A DNA stretch of 64,000 nucleotides, taken from assembly GCA_964247055.1 (NCBI GenBank), contig OZ176055.1, positions 7,316,001-7,380,000 of the forward strand, given 5' to 3'. Under the pieces are notes generated by a model. The model made no database searches. It was not told the DNA's origin and saw only the letters and a program-made list of their open reading frames with translations. Below are positions 60,597-64,000 of this stretch, one piece after another (within the stretch, counting starts at the first letter, position 1; each line of letters opens with the position of its first letter). The translations under genes were made by a program, and so were the position numbers. The DNA is from Paragordius varius. Taxonomy: Eukaryota; Animalia; Nematomorpha.

Positions 60597-62501
60597 TGTG
60601 TGCAAAAAAGGGTCATTTTGATTTACGAAAAATGTTTTTATGAGATAGCTTATGACCAGCTTATTCATTTGCCGAAAAAAATTTTATTTGTTGACAACCT
60701 AGTTTTTGAAATATTGAGAGAAAATCGAAATCGGGCAAAAAGAAAATTAAGAATAATTATGGATAATTCAAAAAATAATGTTAAAATTTGAAATATTATG
60801 GTTTATTATCATTTTAGGAGATAATAGCCTAAAATCATATAGTTTGTGTTTCTATATTTCAGGTCAAAAGATGGCGTTTTTCTTTTATCACACTTAAAGA
60901 CAAAATAAATTAATGAAACTATATTAAAATATTTTTTCAATTATTTACTACCTAAACTCAATATTAAAATCTCATTCATATTTTATTCAGTAAAATAAAC
61001 TTTTATATCAAAATAACCAAAAATATTGTTTTTATTTTTGAATTTTTTTGTCATCTGGTTTATTAGTGTATTAAAAATTTATACTGTTTTATTTTGGGTT
61101 CTCACATGATGACGAATTATTAAGTATATAATTTATGCAAAATAGGATATAAAAGTAGTGGAATATCAACCAACACATACAATTTCCTGTAACATCTGTT
61201 TTATAACAAATTAATATTTGTATTGGGATTTGTACGGATTGTTGGTTGATATTCCACTTTCATAAATTATATACTTAATAATTCCTAATCATGTGAGAAT
61301 CCAAAATAAAACAGTATAAGTTTTTCATACACCCATAAACCAGATGACAAAAAAATGCAAAAATAAAAAAATATTTTTGGTTTTATTTTGATATAGAAGT
61401 TTATTTTACTGAATAAAATATGAATGTTAAGACTTTATATTGAGTTTAGGAAGTAAATATAATATAGTTTCATTAAATTTATTTTAAGGATAAAAGAAAA
61501 ACGCTATCTTTTGACCTGAAATTTTATAGAAAAAAAACTATATGATTTTAGGCTATTTATATAATGAAATTATCTCCTAAAATGATAAATAATCATAATA
61601 TTTCAGATTTTATCATTATTTTTTGAATTATCCTTAATTATCCTCGATTTTCACTTTCTGCCCGATTTCGATTTTCTTTCAATATTTCAAAAACTAGGTA
61701 GTCAACAAATAAAAATTTTTTCGGCAAAGGAAATCGCTGGTCATAAGCTATCTCATTAAAAAAAATTTTTTTGTTAAAAATTTTTTTGTACACAGTGTAT
61801 ATAGTGGTAAAATTTGGGTTCAAAAATGTGATTTTGTCATTTTGGTTATGTATATTAAATATTATTCATTTTCTTAAAGTTTTAACTTATAAGTTCACAC
61901 AACTTTATTCAAAAACATATGATTTATTCGGTACCTGAGGTGTATATATAAAATAAAGCGCTAAATTTTAAATCTATAGTTTAAAATTAAAATAAGGTTT
62001 ATAATTAGCAAAATATAAATGTAATGTTATCTAATTTTATAATTAAAAAATTATGAGGCTATGCCCAAAAACCAATTGTTTCATTTATACAAAATTGTTG
62101 CCTTAGCATACACAAATTTTTATTAATTAAAATTATATTTTAAATATCTGATTTTCCATTCTCGCTTTACTTTGTAAATGTCGAACCTTAATAAATCACT
62201 GACTTAAAATTTATCTATTTACTAATATGTTTGATTACAAAAATATTTTATATGGGAAATTCCCAAAAACAGCTAACATCGTGAACCACAAATTTTTCTG
62301 ATTGTGAAGATTGGTGACATCCTTTAATAAAAAATGCGAAAATTAAAAAAAAACCATATTTTAAATTAACAAATAATCATTATTTTTTAATATATGTATA
62401 AATTTGATTTTTAAAATTAACCTTCTTTCTTACATTAGATTACGATCCCTGAAAATGTTGGGATTATTAAATATTTTGGTGGTTACGGACCCCATCCATA
62501 A
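50701..62501 (+). CDS. Uncharacterised secreted Cys-containing protein, paralog B (166 aa)
   Basis: join(50701..50779,51606..51695,57504..57602,60367..60536,62439..62501). MATSKMNLYAMSIGIMIMLALFPEATDAAACANCVFGGVTTGCSQTRNYSLTRAFQGSNPFEGLCVYRRAAGVVGPCFINVYFPAIYNITGILIPAAGVKKNFTVPTTAPQDGVNIVATNPPTIGDQRGYLVNNIPDTVGNSVCFLITIPENVGIIKYFGGYGPHP*. No indels or stops relative to A. All six Cys kept. Confidence 0.85.
52692..53714. mobile_element. Non-autonomous Tc1-like element with long (~230-270 bp) TIRs
   Basis: TA|CAGTCATGTAGACTTTATTGTG...CACAATAAAGTCTACATGACTG|TA. Only the left arm survives in unit A (from 38064). Confidence 0.78.
54056..54596. mobile_element. TTAA-target MITE specific to unit B
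   Basis: TTAA on both sides (54052-55, 54597-600). A single TTAA at the homologous site in A (~38456). Same family as 42258-43396. Confidence 0.7.
54937..57132 (+). mobile_element. hAT element with Blackjack-like termini, specific to unit B (intron 2)
   Basis: TIRs TAAGGTGACCAGA / TCTGGTCACCTTA with a perfect 8-bp TSD GTTATGAG. A single GTTATGAG in unit A at 38768-38775. Broken transposase ORFs (55482..55868 and downstream, DNTNTNFGG, GCAAYIIHN). Confidence 0.92.
59993..60199. mobile_element. 21-bp-repeat MITE (copy 4, asymmetric) in intron 3 of paralog B
   Basis: TA|TACCAATTACAGTTCAAATTCACC...GGGTGAATTTGAACCGTAAATGG. Absent from the homologous site in A (~41735). Confidence 0.8.
60594..61797. 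mobile_element. ~1.2-kb foldback (palindromic) element with TA flanks in the last intron of paralog B
   Basis: TA|CATTGTGTGCAAAAAA...TTTTTTGTACACAGTG|TA. The arms are complementary almost to the centre (GTGGAATATCAACCAACA ~61160 / TGTTGGTTGATATTCCAC ~61245). Inserted in a (TA)n tract that is uninterrupted in A (42113-42134). Confidence 0.85.
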
Positions 62502-63866
62502 ACAAACATAGGCTGGAATGTTTGTTTCTATTCTATTTACTTTATTAATATAATATACTAATTAAATTAACAAATGCACACTCTATTGAATACAAATTAG
62601 TATAATTTTTTTTTCAAAAATTCAATTTATAAATTTTAATGTAGTTCAATTTATTATTTGGCACGGGGCATATTTATTATGTATTCATATTTCATATATT
62701 TAACACATTTCGACAAAAATGGGGGTCTTAAATAAATGTTTTGAATTGTATATTATTCGATAGCCGAAACCTGCATTAAATGAATATTGAAATGATTTAT
62801 GCGGTTAAAATACTCGAAAAGAAGCTTTTACTTTTCTACTATTAGCCCAACACAAAAAAATTGCTTCATATTAGGTGGAATTGAAAAAATTTAACATAAC
62901 AAAATATTGTTAATATTTACCAGATAACATTAAACGCAAAATGTAACTGATCTACATTTTTTGAAAAGATTAAGTAATCCCACTTTGAGGTCATATTGAA
63001 CCAAATATAACTTTTTTGGAAAATTTTTTAAAATATATTTTATATACACAATGTCCACATTTATGCTGAATTATTCATTAATTTTGGTTAATACAAAATA
63101 TTAAAATTAAACTGTTTTTTCCTTGTACTTGTTTATGGACAAAATTTGTTTTAAAACACACACTCATCAACAATATGTGAATGAGCCAACTTATAAATGT
63201 GCATACTGTATTATCCTATAAAGTTAAAGTTTACCCAATATATCGGGTTTAAAAAATAAGCCTTATAGAAAAAGAGAAATCTCAGACCAAGTTTGCTTCT
63301 TTGAATAAATATCTATTAATCAGTACTGTCTTGATAGGGGTATTCAGTCTTTCGGGAGAAAATTTTATTTCCATCCTTATAAATCTTTCTTTCCCCTGGT
63401 CTTCCTCTCACCTTTTTATCAATTCTTAGTTTCAAATATAAAACTTCTATCCTTGAAAAGGTTAAATGTTTCTCAAGTAGACATACATCCCACCCTTCAA
63501 GAATTTTCGTTCAAATAGTAATTAGCATATAATTTTTACCAAACATCCATCATTTGCAAAATAAATATTTTTATCTACGCACTATCATGCGAAAAAATTC
63601 TAATAATTTACCAGAAGATTCTGTCAATCTTTTTTATAAACATACTCTATACAATTTTTTTTGTTTAGATTTCTGTATTTGTATAAAAACAATTTATTTG
63701 ATGGTTTCAAATAAATTGTTTTTAATACGATTATAATATCCTTTGATTATGCTGCTTGACTAATATATGGCTGCCAAATATGGCTGAGTTTCGTTAATGA
63801 TATCATTTTCTATTTTTCATTAAAGTTTTAAAAAATTTTATGTTTTGGGTCCTGCTTTAAGGTTTG

Positions 63867-63902
<36 letters not shown>

Positions 63903-64000
63903 AGATATTTTATGCAGGCCGCAGCTTAGTGCCATCCTATTTTTTTTAATATCCAGTAATATTATTTGCACAGTTTACTCCAATAACATCGTAACTTATC

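Larger units (their letters stand above)
50510..62870 (+). repeat. Segmental duplication unit B
   Basis: Direct-orientation partner of 32470-44290, separated from it by ~6.2 kb made almost entirely of nested transposon relics. Confidence 0.92.

Noticed and set aside
63290-63520. Possible LINE reverse-transcriptase tail on the minus strand (VRGRPGERK)
   Set aside because: A single short motif with no supporting RT blocks in the window is too weak to call.

Overview
Very AT-rich, intron-containing animal genomic DNA. The taxon cannot be fixed from this window. The ORF track misses most real genes because they are spliced. By reading splice sites by hand I reconstruct five genes: (1) a two-exon 85-aa neuropeptide precursor (8472-8895) predicted to release AAAWVPSSRY-amide, which looks luqin/RYamide-like; (2) RPA2 on the minus strand (271 aa, 7 coding exons), head-to-head with (3) FPGS on the plus strand (639 aa, 14 exons); (4,5) two paralogous 5-exon genes for a 166-aa, 6-Cys secreted protein I do not recognise, lying in a ~12-kb direct duplication (about 32470-44290 and 50510-62870). 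Much of the rest is transposon debris, often with termini and target-site duplications still readable: four non-autonomous Helitrons, several hAT elements, mariner and Tc1 remnants, MITEs, a foldback element, a probable tRNA-derived SINE and a Ty3/Gypsy relic with nested insertions. The best leads are the neuropeptide gene, the duplicated secreted protein with patchy divergence, a possible non-AUG mitochondrial leader on FPGS, 23-34-nt introns, and MITE copies abutting splice sites. No database searches were run. Family assignments rest on recalled motifs, and all counts were made by hand.
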